Below are positions 16,918 through 27,584 of a stretch of 34,090 nt of DNA, piece by piece; positions within the stretch are counted from its first letter, which is position 1; each line of letters begins with the position of its first letter. The notes beneath the pieces are model-generated. The model saw only the letters and a list, made by a program, of their open reading frames with translations, ran no database searches and had not been told where the DNA came from. The stretch comes from Betaproteobacteria bacterium. Its GTDB lineage: Bacteria > Pseudomonadota > Gammaproteobacteria > Burkholderiales > JBEEJL01. The stretch lies in NCBI GenBank assembly GCA_043772415.1, contig JAYVGF010000094.1:1-34090 (forward strand). Direction: 5' to 3'. A program made the translations under genes and the position numbers.

Positions 16918-18075
16918 TCAGATTGCCGCTTTTCGCCCGGAGAGAGAGGCGGCCGACGAGCTACCCGACGCTGGTGGTTTTGATCCGGTACCGAATTTTT
17001 CCCAGGTGACTTTATTGCGTCCCGCTGCTTTGGCTTGATACAGCGCGTCGTCGGCGCGCGCGAAAGTATGCAGCACCGGTTCGCCTTTTTCATATTGCGC
17101 AACGCCGATGGAAACGGTAATGCCAAGGTCATGCCCTAATTGCGGGAAGCGAATTTGTTCCACTTGATTGCGCGTACGTTCTGCGTGGATCAGCCCGCCT
17201 TCCAAGGTGCTATTGGTCAGTATTTGCACAAACTCCTCGCCGCCATAGCGCCCAAAAACATCGGCGTCACGTAAATCTTTTTGGATGCTCTGCGCGAAAA
17301 CTTTTAGGACTTCGTCTCCCGCCAAGTGGCCGACCGTGTCGTTCACCTGTTTGAAACGATCAATGTCCATAATACATATGCAGAAGGTTCCGCCGGTCAG
17401 ATCGCAGCGCACTTTTTCGTTATGCATAGCCGCGGTGAGGTAGCGGCGGTTAAATATGCCCGTCAGTTCGTCAATGTGCGCCAGGTTCTCAGTGCCTTTG
17501 AGTAGATAACTGGTCTCGCGCAATTCCGTGCGCAGCTTGCGGATGCGTGCGCCCATAAAAACAAAAGAGGGCAGGGTGATGGCCAGGACAAACCACAAGA
17601 GTAAGTCCATGCGCAACAAAGCGGAGTCGCCGTTGGACAAGAAACGCATGACCGACAAACCCAGGTAGCCTAGCAACGCCAATCCGCCCAGCATGAGCAA
17701 TTCCTTAGTGCCGAGGCGCAACATGCCGAACATGAGCGACATCAGCAAAAACATCGCATACACCACGCGCGTTTCCGGCGCGAAATAAATCACGTACTGC
17801 ATGGTGATAATCGATGTGAGCAATTGGATCGAAGTGAGGCTTTGATCGGCAAATTTTTTATTGAAGTTAAAGCGAAATACCAGATAAAAGCCGGTAATCA
17901 AAATGATCACGATGATAGCGGCGTGTAGCAGGATTTGCACGGGAACCCTGCCTTGCCAGGAATACAGTGCAAGTGAAATCAAGTAAAGCACAGAATAACT
18001 ACACGCCAGCATTAGCCGGTGAATGCGGATAACTTGCTTGGGATCGTCTTTCGGCAACCAGGAAAAATTATTCAT
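16918..18075 (-). CDS. Membrane-anchored diguanylate cyclase (GGDEF domain)
   Basis: Five or six N-terminal TM helices, then D.LTG..NRR, an active-site GGEEF and an RDAD I-site 5 residues upstream of GGEEF. The ATG at 18075 (MNNFSW..) follows GGAG. Confidence 0.88.
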   Translation of the reverse strand: MNNFSWLPKDDPKQVIRIHRLMLACSYSVLYLISLALYSWQGRVPVQILLHAAIIVIILITGFYLVFRFNFNKKFADQSLTSIQLLTSIITMQYVIYFAPETRVVYAMFLLMSLMFGMLRLGTKELLMLGGLALLGYLGLSVMRFLSNGDSALLRMDLLLWFVLAITLPSFVFMGARIRKLRTELRETSYLLKGTENLAHIDELTGIFNRRYLTAAMHNEKVRCDLTGGTFCICIMDIDRFKQVNDTVGHLAGDEVLKVFAQSIQKDLRDADVFGRYGGEEFVQILTNSTLEGGLIHAERTRNQVEQIRFPQLGHDLGITVSIGVAQYEKGEPVLHTFARADDALYQAKAAGRNKVTWEKFGTGSKPPASGSSSAASLSGRKAAI

Positions 18076-18226
18076 CCGCTGCTCCGCGCCCTTGGCCGTA
18101 ATTGGCCTAAGCCTTAGTTCAAGCATAGGATATTTTTTATCTCAGCGCCATCAATTCCTTCGGCCGATAATTGTTCAGCTTGCGGTTTAGGGCATAATTC
18201 TGTTTTTATTGTCGGGTAAACGGCTT

Positions 18227-18682
18227 ATGACCACCGCACCAGATAGCAACGTAAGCGCTAAAGATTTCTCCTTGCGTCTCGCAGACTGGAGCGGCGATGC
18301 GGCCTTACTGCAGGATGTACGGCGTAAAGTTTTTATACACGAGCAACACATCCCTGAACATCTGGAGTGGGATGAGCATGATGCCGTTTCGCTGCATGTG
18401 TTGGCGCTGGATGCGCAAGGACAGGCGATCGGCACTGCGCGTTTGCTCGAAGACGGTCACATCGGACGCGTCGCGGTATTGAAACACTGGCGCGGGAAAG
18501 GCGTAGGAAGGGAATTAGTTAACATGTTGATTTTATTGAATAAAAATAGAGGCAATCCTACCGCGCTACTCAGCGCGCAAGTACGCGCTATGCCGTTTTA
18601 TGCAGCTCATGGTTTTGTCGCCGAAGGAGCGGAATATCTCGACGCGGACATACCGCATCGACTCATGCGTTTGGTGTATTAG
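18227..18682 (+). CDS. GNAT family N-acetyltransferase
   Basis: The acetyl-CoA-binding motif R.AVL...RGKGVGR.L is present. The first ATG is at 18227; the track start at 18209 is a TTG. Confidence 0.8.
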   Translation: MTTAPDSNVSAKDFSLRLADWSGDAALLQDVRRKVFIHEQHIPEHLEWDEHDAVSLHVLALDAQGQAIGTARLLEDGHIGRVAVLKHWRGKGVGRELVNMLILLNKNRGNPTALLSAQVRAMPFYAAHGFVAEGAEYLDADIPHRLMRLVY

Positions 18683-18957
18683 TAGTGAAAACGCCCGGTC
18701 TTGCGGTCTTCGCGCGCCAGTAATTCGTAAATGCCGTTGTCGGCCAGTTGCTGTTCAAGCAACTTTTCGAAAGCATTCATACCGACGATATTTTCGTAGA
18801 TCTCCATCCACAACAGCGGATCGTCCACATTTTTTACCAAGCGGCCTTTCACGCCGAGCTGCAGCATCAGCGTGGAATGTACGCCGCGCAGCCGCGCTTC
18901 TATCATCGACGCGCGTTCACCGTTGACCGGGTAGTAAATAAAATACGATGTGCTCAT
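18679..18957 (-). CDS. DUF4936 family protein
   Basis: 92 aa. The YFIYYPV...........L, G..GRL and WMEIYE pattern is present. It lies immediately downstream of ygfZ on the same strand. Confidence 0.6.
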   Translation of the reverse strand: MSTSYFIYYPVNGERASMIEARLRGVHSTLMLQLGVKGRLVKNVDDPLLWMEIYENIVGMNAFEKLLEQQLADNGIYELLAREDRKTGRFHY

Positions 18958-18989
18958 GTCGCTCCCTTGGTTGCAGTCTGATGTGACAA

Positions 18990-20012
18990 TCAACTAACTG
19001 AGTATGGAAGATCCAATATTTTCAAATTTGGGCCGTCGATGGATTTAGCATGCAGGGTTTGTGTTTTTGCGCTGTCGATCTGGATGACGGCTAATGCATC
19101 AAAGCCGCCAGACGGTGACGGTGCGGCGTTGACGATCATGCCGCTGGCTTGCCCTTCAAAATCTGCGCTGAATAATTCGTCACCTGCCGTCAGCGCGCTA
19201 TCAAGGTGTACGCGATACATGCGGCGCTTTAATTTGCCCAAGTACTGCGTGCGCGCGACGATTACCTGGCCCGGATAACAACCCTTTTTGAAATCGACTC
19301 CGCCGATGAGTTCGTAGTTGGTCATTTGCGCGACGAACTGTTCCTGCGTCGTCGGCATGATCCACGCTATGCCGGCGCGGATATCGAGTAAATTCCATGC
19401 GTCGGTGCCGACGGGTAGAAATGGCGATTTTAATTTGTCCCATAGCGTTTGCGCCGGTAACTTTGCCAGCAGCAAAAATCTTTCGCCATCGAGCTTGATG
19501 ACATGCACGTTATTATTCACGCTGGATTGCATGGCGTTGTCAGGCGTCGAGCCAAATAATAACTTCAATTTTTGCGCAGCTTGTTTGCCCGCTACACCTA
19601 ACAAGGCGAATTCGCCCGTAGCGTCAGACACTTTAACTTTGGCGCGCATGACAAACATGGACAGTCGCTTTTGCACGCTTTCGCGTAATGAGGCGGGCAG
19701 CATCAACATGTAATCGTCGCCATCACGCCACAACAACATGGAGGCCATCATGCGGCCTTTGGGTGAATTGTAGCTGGTGTATTGCGCTTGATTAGCACCG
19801 AGTTTTTCTACGCTATTGGATAATTGCCCATGCAGGAATTTTTGCGCCTCTTCGCCGCTGAAACGTATCAAGGCAAAATGAGACAGGTCGGCGACGATGT
19901 CGCCGGTGTCCGTCGCCGCCAACTCGGCTGCGGGATGACCGAAGTCCGCTACGACGGCGTTCTCAATACGCGCGCCGTCTTGTTGCAGGTGTTGTAACCA
20001 TTCGTTATGCAT
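18990..20012 (-). CDS. ygfZ: Folate-binding tRNA-modification / Fe-S protein YgfZ (CAF17 family)
   Basis: The signature KGCYPGQ..VAR..Y.GK.KRR is present with an aminomethyltransferase-like fold. I take the ATG at 20012 (MHNEWLQHL..). Confidence 0.85.
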   Translation of the reverse strand: MHNEWLQHLQQDGARIENAVVADFGHPAAELAATDTGDIVADLSHFALIRFSGEEAQKFLHGQLSNSVEKLGANQAQYTSYNSPKGRMMASMLLWRDGDDYMLMLPASLRESVQKRLSMFVMRAKVKVSDATGEFALLGVAGKQAAQKLKLLFGSTPDNAMQSSVNNNVHVIKLDGERFLLLAKLPAQTLWDKLKSPFLPVGTDAWNLLDIRAGIAWIMPTTQEQFVAQMTNYELIGGVDFKKGCYPGQVIVARTQYLGKLKRRMYRVHLDSALTAGDELFSADFEGQASGMIVNAAPSPSGGFDALAVIQIDSAKTQTLHAKSIDGPNLKILDLPYSVS

Positions 20013-20079
20013 AGTGTGCCTGTTTGATCTTGCCGGGAACCGATGCGCGGCTGATAATGCCGCACAGTCTGTAGAAAAA

Positions 20080-20511
20080 ATGAATGAATTCATGCCTATT
20101 ATAGCGCTTTCCAAATCACGTCAACTTATCGGGCTGCTGCTCTGCGTGCATGGGCTTACCCTGTTGGTCATCTGGCTACTGCCGTGGCCAATAAGGTGGC
20201 GCGGCTTGTTGTCGCTATTGATAGCGGCAAGCTTGGCGTTTTATCTGCTGCGCGACGCTTATAAAACTTTGCGTCATTCCGTTATAGGACTCAAATGCTT
20301 GCCGGATAATCAGCTTGAGCTGCAACTTAAAAGCGGCGAGTGGTTTACTGCATCGCTACAATCCGGCAGTTTCGTCGCGCCCTATCTCACCACCTTGGCC
20401 TATCGTCCTGAAGATAAATATTTTAACCGCTATGTTCTCATTGTGCCCGATATGCTCGACGTGGAAACCTTCCGTGAGTTACGCACACATCTGCGCTGGA
20501 AAAGCCCTTGA
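20080..20511 (+). CDS. YgfX/CptA-like inner-membrane protein (DUF1434)
   Basis: Two TM segments (LLLCVHGLTLLVIWLLPWP; LLSLLIAASLAFYLL) and a C-terminal D.E.FRELR..L motif resemble E. coli YgfX. It is divergent from ygfZ, as in enterobacteria. Confidence 0.6.
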   Translation: MNEFMPIIALSKSRQLIGLLLCVHGLTLLVIWLLPWPIRWRGLLSLLIAASLAFYLLRDAYKTLRHSVIGLKCLPDNQLELQLKSGEWFTASLQSGSFVAPYLTTLAYRPEDKYFNRYVLIVPDMLDVETFRELRTHLRWKSP

Positions 20512-20527
20512 AGGATTTCAAAACAAA

Positions 20528-20558
20528 ACGCCCGCTGTTCGCACAGCGGGCGTTTTTA
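20528..20558. terminator. Bidirectional rho-independent terminator
   Basis: CGCCCGCTGT-TCGC-ACAGCGGGCG with an A-tract 5' and a T-tract 3', located between convergent genes. Confidence 0.85.
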
Positions 20559-20575
20559 TTACTACATGAATCTTA

Positions 20576-21328
20576 TTATTTTACCGGTGCGCCAAACTTG
20601 GTGCTGACGCCTGTGGTGAACAACAGGTCGTTTTTCTTCGCGCCCGGCTGCACGACTGAGTTGTAACGGTCGCTCAAACCGACATTGAGGTTCCAGCCGC
20701 CAGCGATGGCGGTGGTGAATCCTGCATCAAACACGCCACGGTATTCGCCCGAGTCTTTCAGGTTCGGGTAAAGCGCCAGGCGTTGCTTGAAGCTGCTGGT
20801 ATCCGACAACTTGTGGTTAGATTCTTCGCCCAAAATCAGCTCGGTAGAATTGCGGTTGCCGGCATCGAAGCGTTCCATGTTGTAAGCTACGCCGCCGAAT
20901 ACATCAAACAAGGTATCGGCCGTATTCAGCACATGGTAGCCAAGACCTGCGCCGAGTACGCTGCGCAGCTTGAGTGCTTGAATCGGATCGCGTTCCAAAT
21001 CTAAAGAACCGAATCCGTAAGTTTGCGGTGACAGGTTGTATTCGTAACGACCGCCGCCACGCAATACGTTGGCTGTGGTTTCGCTGACGCCTTTAATGTC
21101 TGCGCTGGCGCGTAATGCATTCAGGTAAAGCGTGGTCTTGCCCATCGCATCGGCGGATACTGCGTCCGTGCCAATAGCCAAATTGGTGGACTTGGAATTG
21201 CCCGAAGTGAGAGACAGCGAGCCACCCAGGTTACCGCGCCAGAGGCCGTCGGTAGGTGTGGGGCCGGCCATCGCGCCGGTGGCGGTCAGGGCGGTCAGAG
21301 CTGCAATTGCGATCATCGAACGTTTCAT
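20576..21328 (-). CDS. DUF481 domain-containing outer-membrane beta-barrel protein
   Basis: Signal peptide, W.G....G.....GNS+S.N motif, alternating beta-strand pattern and an aromatic-rich C-terminus. Confidence 0.75.
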   Translation of the reverse strand: MKRSMIAIAALTALTATGAMAGPTPTDGLWRGNLGGSLSLTSGNSKSTNLAIGTDAVSADAMGKTTLYLNALRASADIKGVSETTANVLRGGGRYEYNLSPQTYGFGSLDLERDPIQALKLRSVLGAGLGYHVLNTADTLFDVFGGVAYNMERFDAGNRNSTELILGEESNHKLSDTSSFKQRLALYPNLKDSGEYRGVFDAGFTTAIAGGWNLNVGLSDRYNSVVQPGAKKNDLLFTTGVSTKFGAPVK

Positions 21329-21617
21329 AATTATTCCTTTCGTACTGGTTAATAGTGCTGAACACGATATCTGCTGACCGTATATAGAGTGGCCAGCAAG
21401 TGACGCGAGTGCAGTCTAAGACAGCAAAGCGCTAAAAGTCAGCCTTAATGCTTGAAATACATGAATATTTACGATTGATTTGCAAAAAAACCACAGGGAA
21501 TTTTTTACCACTGCTGCGGTCTATCAGTGGGCTATTTCGTTTTGGTCGTAAACGGCTGCGTGGTTATAGTTGATGGAGCGGGGTATAATTCGGCTTCACG
21601 AAAACCTACTCGCCATC

Positions 21618-24600
21618 ATGCCTTTAGTCTCGCACTTGCCCGGCCCTTCCGCTCTTTCTCCCTTTCGCGTCGCCAAACTTCAGCAATCTCTCAGCTCCGT
21701 TATGCCCTCGCTGCAATCTGTTTCAGCGACGTACTGGCATTTCGCCGAGATGTTGCGTGAGCCGACGCCGAGTGAAAAAAATAGTCTGGATAAAATTCTC
21801 ACCTACGGCCATCCGGCCGATAAAGGCGAAGGCGAAGTCTTTATCGTATTACCGCGCTTCGGTACCATTTCGCCCTGGTCGAGCAAAGCCAGCGACATCG
21901 CCAAGCATTGCGGGCTGGAAGTCATCAACCGGCTTGAGCGCGGCGTGGCTTATTATGTGAGCAAGCGTGATGGCAAGCCGCTTACAGCAGAAGAAAAAAA
22001 ATCATTGCTGCCGTTGATACACGATCGCATGATCGAAGTGGTAGTCAGCGATTTCGCCGAAGCGAATAAATTATTCCATCATGTAGAGCCTGCGCCGCTG
22101 CAGAGCGTGGACATCATCAAAGGCGGTAAAGCTGCGCTCGAAGCAGCCAATAAAAATCTCGGCCTGGCGCTGTCGCCGGACGAAATCGATTACTTATTCG
22201 ATAATTTCAATATACTCAAGCGCAACCCGACCGACGTCGAGTTGATGATGTTCGCGCAAGCCAACTCGGAACATTGCCGGCACAAAATTTTTAACGCCGA
22301 TTGGGTGATAGACGGCAAGGCGCAGGAGTTTTCCCTGTTCGGCATGATCCGCAACACGCATAAACTCCATCCGCAAGGCACCGTCGTCGCTTATTCGGAT
22401 AATTCTTCCGTGATCGAAGGCGCAGAAGTCGAACGTTTTTATCCGAATACAAAAGGTGAATACGGTCGCGTTACCGACCTCACGCATATTTTGATGAAAG
22501 TGGAAACGCACAATCACCCGACCGCCATCGCGCCGCATCCGGGCGCGGGCACCGGCAGCGGTGGCGAAATCCGCGACGAAGGCGCCACCGGCACCGGCGC
22601 GAAACCCAAAGCCGGATTGGCCGGATTTTCCGTTTCCAATTTAGCTATTCCCGATTTCACCCAACCGTGGGAAAAAAATAGTTACGGCAAACCCGAGCGC
22701 ATCGCCTCGGCGTTGCAGATCATGATCGACGGCCCGATAGGCGGCGCGGCGTTTAACAACGAATTCGGCCGGCCGAATTTGTGCGGCTACTTCCGCACCT
22801 ATCAAGAAAAATCCGCAGGCGAGATGCGCGGCTATCACAAGCCGATCATGATCGCCGGCGGTCTCGGCAATATTTCCGCCAAGCACTCGCATAAAAAAAT
22901 GTTGTCACCCGGCGTGTTGTTCATTCAGCTCGGCGGCCCCGGCATGTTGATCGGCCTCGGCGGCGGCGCGGCGTCGAGCATGGCGAGCGGCAGCAACACC
23001 GAGAATCTCGACTTCGCTTCGGTACAACGCGCAAATGCGGAGATGGAACGTCGCTGCCAGGAAGTCATCGACGTGTGTTGGCGCATGGGCGACGACAATC
23101 CGATTTTATCGGTACACGATGTCGGTGCAGGCGGCCTGTCGAATGCGTTCCCCGAACTCGCACATGGCGGCGGTGTCGGCGCGACCTTCGATTTGCGCGC
23201 GATACACATCGAAGAACGCGGCATGAGCCCGATGCAAATCTGGAGCAACGAATCGCAAGAGCGTTATGTTCTCGCCATAGATAATAAAAATCTGAATAAA
23301 TTCAAAGAGTTATGCTATAGAGAGCGTTGTCCGTTTGCGGTCGTCGGCGTAGCCACAAAAGAACATCAACTCAAACTCGAAGACAAACATTTCAACAACG
23401 CGCCGGTCGATATGCCACTCGATGTGTTGCTCGGCAAGCCGCCGAAAATGTTGCGCGACGTGCAGCATGTGCAAAAAACTTTGCCCGCGTTCGATGTGCA
23501 TGAACTCGATTTGAAAGACGCGGCTTATCGCGTGTTACGTTTGCCTAGCGTTGCCGACAAAACATTTTTGATCAGCATCGGCGATCGCAGCGTCGGCGGC
23601 ATGACCGCGCGCGACCAAATGGTCGGGCCGTGGCAAGTGCCGGTGGCCGATGTCGCCGTGACGACAATTGCCTACGACACGTATAAAGGCGAAGCGATGG
23701 CGATGGGCGAGCGCACACCAATCGCCGTCATCAACGGTCCCGCGTCAGGGCGCATGGCAGTAGGCGAAGCAATCACCAATATCGCTGCCGCAGACATAGC
23801 AAAAATCGGCGACATAAAATTGTCCGCCAACTGGATGGCGGCAGCAGGTGTAGCCGGTGAAGACGCGGTATTGTTCGATACGGTCAAAGCCATCGGCATG
23901 GAATTGTGCCCGGCGCTGGGCATCAGCATCCCGGTCGGCAAAGACTCGCTGTCGATGAAAACCGTGTGGCAAGACGGTACGCAGAATAAATCCGTCACCG
24001 CGCCGCTGTCGCTGATTATTTCCGCTTTCGCGCCGGTGCAAGATGCGCGCAAAACGCTGACACCGCAATTGCGCAGCGATAAAGGCGATAGCGATTTAAT
24101 CTTGATTGATTTAGGCAAAGGCAAAAATCGTCTCGGCGGCTCCGCTTTGGCGCAGGTGTATAGCCAGACCGGCAATGTCGCGCCCGATGTCGATGATGCG
24201 CAAAAGCTGAAAAGCTTTTTCGGCGCTATACAACAACTGAATCGCGATGGTTTGTTGCTCGCGTATCACGATCGTTCCGATGGCGGCTTGTTTGCGACCG
24301 TGTGCGAAATGATGTTTGCTGCCCACGTAGGCGTTACGTTGAACCTCGACGCACTATGTTACGACGGCATGTTGGCCGACGTGGATGAAAATGAAATCCA
24401 GCCTGATCTCATTAAAGGTCGTTTCAACGACAGAATATTCTGCGCACTGTTCAACGAAGAATTAGGTGCAGTCATACAAATCAAGCGCGCTGATCGTACT
24501 CGCGTGATGGCGGCGTTGCGTGAAATGGGTTTGTCCGCCGAAGCCAGCATCATCGGCACGCTCAACAGCAACGACGAATTAAAATTGATACGCAGCACCA

Positions 24601-25571
24601 AATCTTTGCTCACGGAAAAGCGCGTTGATTTACATCGCGTCTGGAGCGAGACCACATATCACCTGCAAAAAATGCGCGACAACCCGCAATGCGCGCAGCA
24701 GGAATACGACCGCATCCTCGATGTGCGCGACACCGGTTTATTCAGCAGGCTCACGTTCGATCAAAACGACAACATCGCCGCGCCATATATCGCCAGCGGC
24801 ATAAGACCGCGCATCGCCATCCTGCGCGAGCAGGGCGTCAACGGCCAATTGGAAATGGCGGCCGCATTCGACCGCGCCGGTTTCGCCGCGTTTGACGTGC
24901 ACATGAGCGACATCATTGCCGGTCGTGTGTCACTCAAAGATTTCCAGGCCTTTGCCGCTTGCGGCGGATTTTCCTATGGCGACGTGCTCGGCGCAGGTGA
25001 AGGCTGGGCCAAATCCATCTTGTTCAACTCGCGCGCGCGCGACGACTTCGAAGCCTTCTTCAAACGTAAAGATACCTTCGCGCTCGGCGTGTGTAACGGT
25101 TGCCAAATGATGAGCAATCTGAAAAATATTATTCCCGACGCAGAATTCTGGCCGCACTTCGCCCGCAACCAATCGGAACAATTCGAAGCGCGCGTGGTGA
25201 TGGTTGAAGTGCAAAAAACCCCGTCGCTGTTTTTCGACGGCATGGCAGGCAGCCGCATGCCGGTGGTCACCGCGCACGGCGAAGGCCTGGCAGAATTCGG
25301 CTCGCGCGAACAATCCGACACGGCGCAGCCCTATGTGGCGTGGCGTTACATCGACAACCACGGCAAAGTCACCGAGCAATATCCGCTTAACCCCAACGGC
25401 TCGCCGCAAGGTTTGTCCTGCATCACCAACCGCGACGGCCGCTTCACCATCCTCATGCCGCATCCCGAACGCGTGTTCCGCAGCGTCACCAACTCGTGGC
25501 ATCCCGATGATTGGCAGGAAGACGGCCCGTGGATGCGCATGTTCCGTAACGCAAGAAAATATTTGGGCTGA
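21618..25571 (+). CDS. purL: Phosphoribosylformylglycinamidine synthase (single-chain large PurL)
   Basis: About 1317 aa. Motifs include [27 protein letters not shown] and a C-terminal glutaminase domain (GVCNGCQ, PHPER). The ATG at 21618 matches the usual N-terminus (M..L.G..ALS.FR). Confidence 0.95.
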   Translation: MPLVSHLPGPSALSPFRVAKLQQSLSSVMPSLQSVSATYWHFAEMLREPTPSEKNSLDKILTYGHPADKGEGEVFIVLPRFGTISPWSSKASDIAKHCGLEVINRLERGVAYYVSKRDGKPLTAEEKKSLLPLIHDRMIEVVVSDFAEANKLFHHVEPAPLQSVDIIKGGKAALEAANKNLGLALSPDEIDYLFDNFNILKRNPTDVELMMFAQANSEHCRHKIFNADWVIDGKAQEFSLFGMIRNTHKLHPQGTVVAYSDNSSVIEGAEVERFYPNTKGEYGRVTDLTHILMKVETHNHPTAIAPHPGAGTGSGGEIRDEGATGTGAKPKAGLAGFSVSNLAIPDFTQPWEKNSYGKPERIASALQIMIDGPIGGAAFNNEFGRPNLCGYFRTYQEKSAGEMRGYHKPIMIAGGLGNISAKHSHKKMLSPGVLFIQLGGPGMLIGLGGGAASSMASGSNTENLDFASVQRANAEMERRCQEVIDVCWRMGDDNPILSVHDVGAGGLSNAFPELAHGGGVGATFDLRAIHIEERGMSPMQIWSNESQERYVLAIDNKNLNKFKELCYRERCPFAVVGVATKEHQLKLEDKHFNNAPVDMPLDVLLGKPPKMLRDVQHVQKTLPAFDVHELDLKDAAYRVLRLPSVADKTFLISIGDRSVGGMTARDQMVGPWQVPVADVAVTTIAYDTYKGEAMAMGERTPIAVINGPASGRMAVGEAITNIAAADIAKIGDIKLSANWMAAAGVAGEDAVLFDTVKAIGMELCPALGISIPVGKDSLSMKTVWQDGTQNKSVTAPLSLIISAFAPVQDARKTLTPQLRSDKGDSDLILIDLGKGKNRLGGSALAQVYSQTGNVAPDVDDAQKLKSFFGAIQQLNRDGLLLAYHDRSDGGLFATVCEMMFAAHVGVTLNLDALCYDGMLADVDENEIQPDLIKGRFNDRIFCALFNEELGAVIQIKRADRTRVMAALREMGLSAEASIIGTLNSNDELKLIRSTKSLLTEKRVDLHRVWSETTYHLQKMRDNPQCAQQEYDRILDVRDTGLFSRLTFDQNDNIAAPYIASGIRPRIAILREQGVNGQLEMAAAFDRAGFAAFDVHMSDIIAGRVSLKDFQAFAACGGFSYGDVLGAGEGWAKSILFNSRARDDFEAFFKRKDTFALGVCNGCQMMSNLKNIIPDAEFWPHFARNQSEQFEARVVMVEVQKTPSLFFDGMAGSRMPVVTAHGEGLAEFGSREQSDTAQPYVAWRYIDNHGKVTEQYPLNPNGSPQGLSCITNRDGRFTILMPHPERVFRSVTNSWHPDDWQEDGPWMRMFRNARKYLG

Positions 25572-25592
25572 AATTTTTCAGGAGAGGAATTT

Positions 25593-27413
25593 ATGCAGAT
25601 CAAAAAGTTTTTTTTAGTAATATTTTTGACGCACATTTTACTTCTGCCTGCCTGCATCACGCCGGCAACGAATAATATTAACTATTTGAATATAAACAAT
25701 TTTTTTGAAGATTATTTTCGCAATAGTGTCCTCAAAAATCCTGAGCGGATAAGCTACCTCACGCTGCAAAAAAAATATGATGCCGAATCAGCCGATGCAA
25801 ATTTGACTGATCGTAGCGATGCTTTTGGGCTGCAAAGGCTGCAGGAAGAAAAAGCTGCAAGAGCCTCATTAAAGCGCTTTGACCGGACAGCCTTATCTCC
25901 ATCGGATAAATTGTCTTACGATGTATTGCTGCACAATCTACATAACCTTGAAGCCGACGAACGATTTTTTTATCACGGCTATGGTTTGAATCAAATGGAC
26001 GGCGTGCATACCGAGTTGCCATCGTTAATGCTTAACGTACATCAAATCAAATCTCTGCGCGACGCGGAAAATTATGTGATGCGTCTCGGCCAGTTCAAAG
26101 CTGCTTTTACGCAAACCATCGATGGCTTAAAACAACGCCAGCAACGCGGCATTGCGCCGCCGCGTTTCGCGCTGGAAAAAGCTTTGGCCAATATCAAAAA
26201 GTTTATTGAGCCTGCACAAGCGCAACATGTGTTGTTCACCAATCTGCAAAAGAAAATCGATGCATTGAATGATGTGGATGCGGCCGCTAAAAAACGTGTG
26301 CTAGCCGATGCTGAAAAAGCCATGAGCGCGTCGGTGTATCCGGCTTATCAACAATTGGCGGCCCATCTCGAAGCTTGGTTACCGCGAGTGAAAAATAATC
26401 ACGGCGCTTGGGCCTTGCCGGATGGCGAGGCTTATTACGCTTATCAAGTGCGCGAAAACACCAGCACTGATATGAAGCCGGAAGAAATCCATCAGTTGGG
26501 TTTAGCTGAAGTGAAGCGCATCGAAACGGAGATGCGCGCCATATTGGACAGTTTGGGTTATCGCGGCGGTAGCGTGGCGGCGGATATGAAAAAATTGGAT
26601 GCGGATCCACTGTCCAAATATCAAGATGCTTCCGAGGCGACTAAAAAACAAATCCTTGTCGATTATCAAAAAATTGTCGATGATATCAATGTGCGTATCG
26701 CCGGTTCGTTCGATATCCTGCCCATGGCAAAACTCGAAGTGCGCGCCGTGCCCGATTATCTCGAAGCGACTTCGCCCGCTGCGTATTACGAATTGCCCGC
26801 CAGCGACGGCTCGCGTCCGGGTGCTTTCTACCGTAATTTGTACAGTATTGATGACGTTAAAAAATATGAAATGAAAACCCTGGCCTATCATGAAGCCGTA
26901 CCGGGACATCATTTTCAATATGCCTTGGCGCAAGAGCTGAGCCTGCCGATGTTTCGCAAATATTCCGGCTACAACGCCTATGGCGAAGGCTGGGCACTCT
27001 ACGCCGAACGACTCGCTTGGGAAATGGGCGCGTATCAAAAAGATCCACGCGGAGATTTAGGCCGACTGGCCAATGAATTGTGGCGCGCGAGGCGTTTGGT
27101 TGTGGATACCGGCATCCATCATAAAAAATGGACGCGCGAACAAGCCATCGATTTTATGAGCGGTGGTATCAGCCCGCCGAGCCTCGACAACGTGATCGAA
27201 GTCGAGCGCTATTTCGTCTGGCCAGGGCAGGCGCTGGGTTACAAAATCGGCCAACTGAAAATCCTGCAACTGCGCGACAAAGCGCGCAAAGCATTAGGCG
27301 CAAAATTTGCACTCAAGGATTTTCACAATGTTGTGTTGACCAATGGCAGCTTGCCGCTGACTTTGTTGGAACAATTGGTGGATGAATATATTGCGCGCAA
27401 ACAAACGACGTGA
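25593..27413 (+). CDS. DUF885 domain-containing lipoprotein
   Basis: Lipobox LLPAC. The family signature HEAVPGHHFQ is present, along with the GEGWA.Y.E and D.G+H motifs. RBS AGGAGAGG. Confidence 0.85.
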   Translation: MQIKKFFLVIFLTHILLLPACITPATNNINYLNINNFFEDYFRNSVLKNPERISYLTLQKKYDAESADANLTDRSDAFGLQRLQEEKAARASLKRFDRTALSPSDKLSYDVLLHNLHNLEADERFFYHGYGLNQMDGVHTELPSLMLNVHQIKSLRDAENYVMRLGQFKAAFTQTIDGLKQRQQRGIAPPRFALEKALANIKKFIEPAQAQHVLFTNLQKKIDALNDVDAAAKKRVLADAEKAMSASVYPAYQQLAAHLEAWLPRVKNNHGAWALPDGEAYYAYQVRENTSTDMKPEEIHQLGLAEVKRIETEMRAILDSLGYRGGSVAADMKKLDADPLSKYQDASEATKKQILVDYQKIVDDINVRIAGSFDILPMAKLEVRAVPDYLEATSPAAYYELPASDGSRPGAFYRNLYSIDDVKKYEMKTLAYHEAVPGHHFQYALAQELSLPMFRKYSGYNAYGEGWALYAERLAWEMGAYQKDPRGDLGRLANELWRARRLVVDTGIHHKKWTREQAIDFMSGGISPPSLDNVIEVERYFVWPGQALGYKIGQLKILQLRDKARKALGAKFALKDFHNVVLTNGSLPLTLLEQLVDEYIARKQTT

Positions 27414-27468
27414 GTTAGAGCAACGGCGTAATGAACAACGGGCCATCATGTGTGATGGCCCGTTTGTT
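27291..27468 (+). repeat. Direct repeat, copy 1 (DUF885 3' end plus terminator)
   Basis: The 123 coding nt differ at 7 positions from 28190-28312. The terminator hairpin is shared with 28341-28368. Confidence 0.9.
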
Positions 27469-27470
27469 TT
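27437..27470 (+). terminator. Rho-independent terminator after DUF885
   Basis: AACGGGCCATCA-TGTG-TGATGGCCCGTT followed by TGTTTT. Confidence 0.8.
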
Positions 27471-27549
27471 GTAGCGCACGCTGGCGGTGCAGGTTGCCGT
27501 TGGCGTCATAAAGATTGCTGCTGGTCGTCGCTTACCATCAGAAAATAGC

Positions 27550-27578
27550 TTGACACTATGTAATCGTTCGATTACAAT
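27550..27578 (+). promoter_or_regulatory. Consensus sigma70 promoter with embedded palindromic operator (TA cassette)
   Basis: TTGACA (27550-55), 17 nt, then TACAAT (27573-78). The palindrome GTAATCG-TT-CGATTAC (27560-75) spans the spacer and the -10. The toxin ATG is 7 nt after the -10. Confidence 0.65.
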
Positions 27579-27584
27579 CATTTT

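Noticed and set aside
21509-21545. Hairpin CCACTG-N11-CAGTGG followed by GCTATTTCGTTTT upstream of purL, as a possible sRNA terminator or attenuator.
   Set aside because: The stem is only 6 bp, the loop is large and the T-tract is interrupted. I found no convincing upstream promoter, so the evidence is too weak to call.
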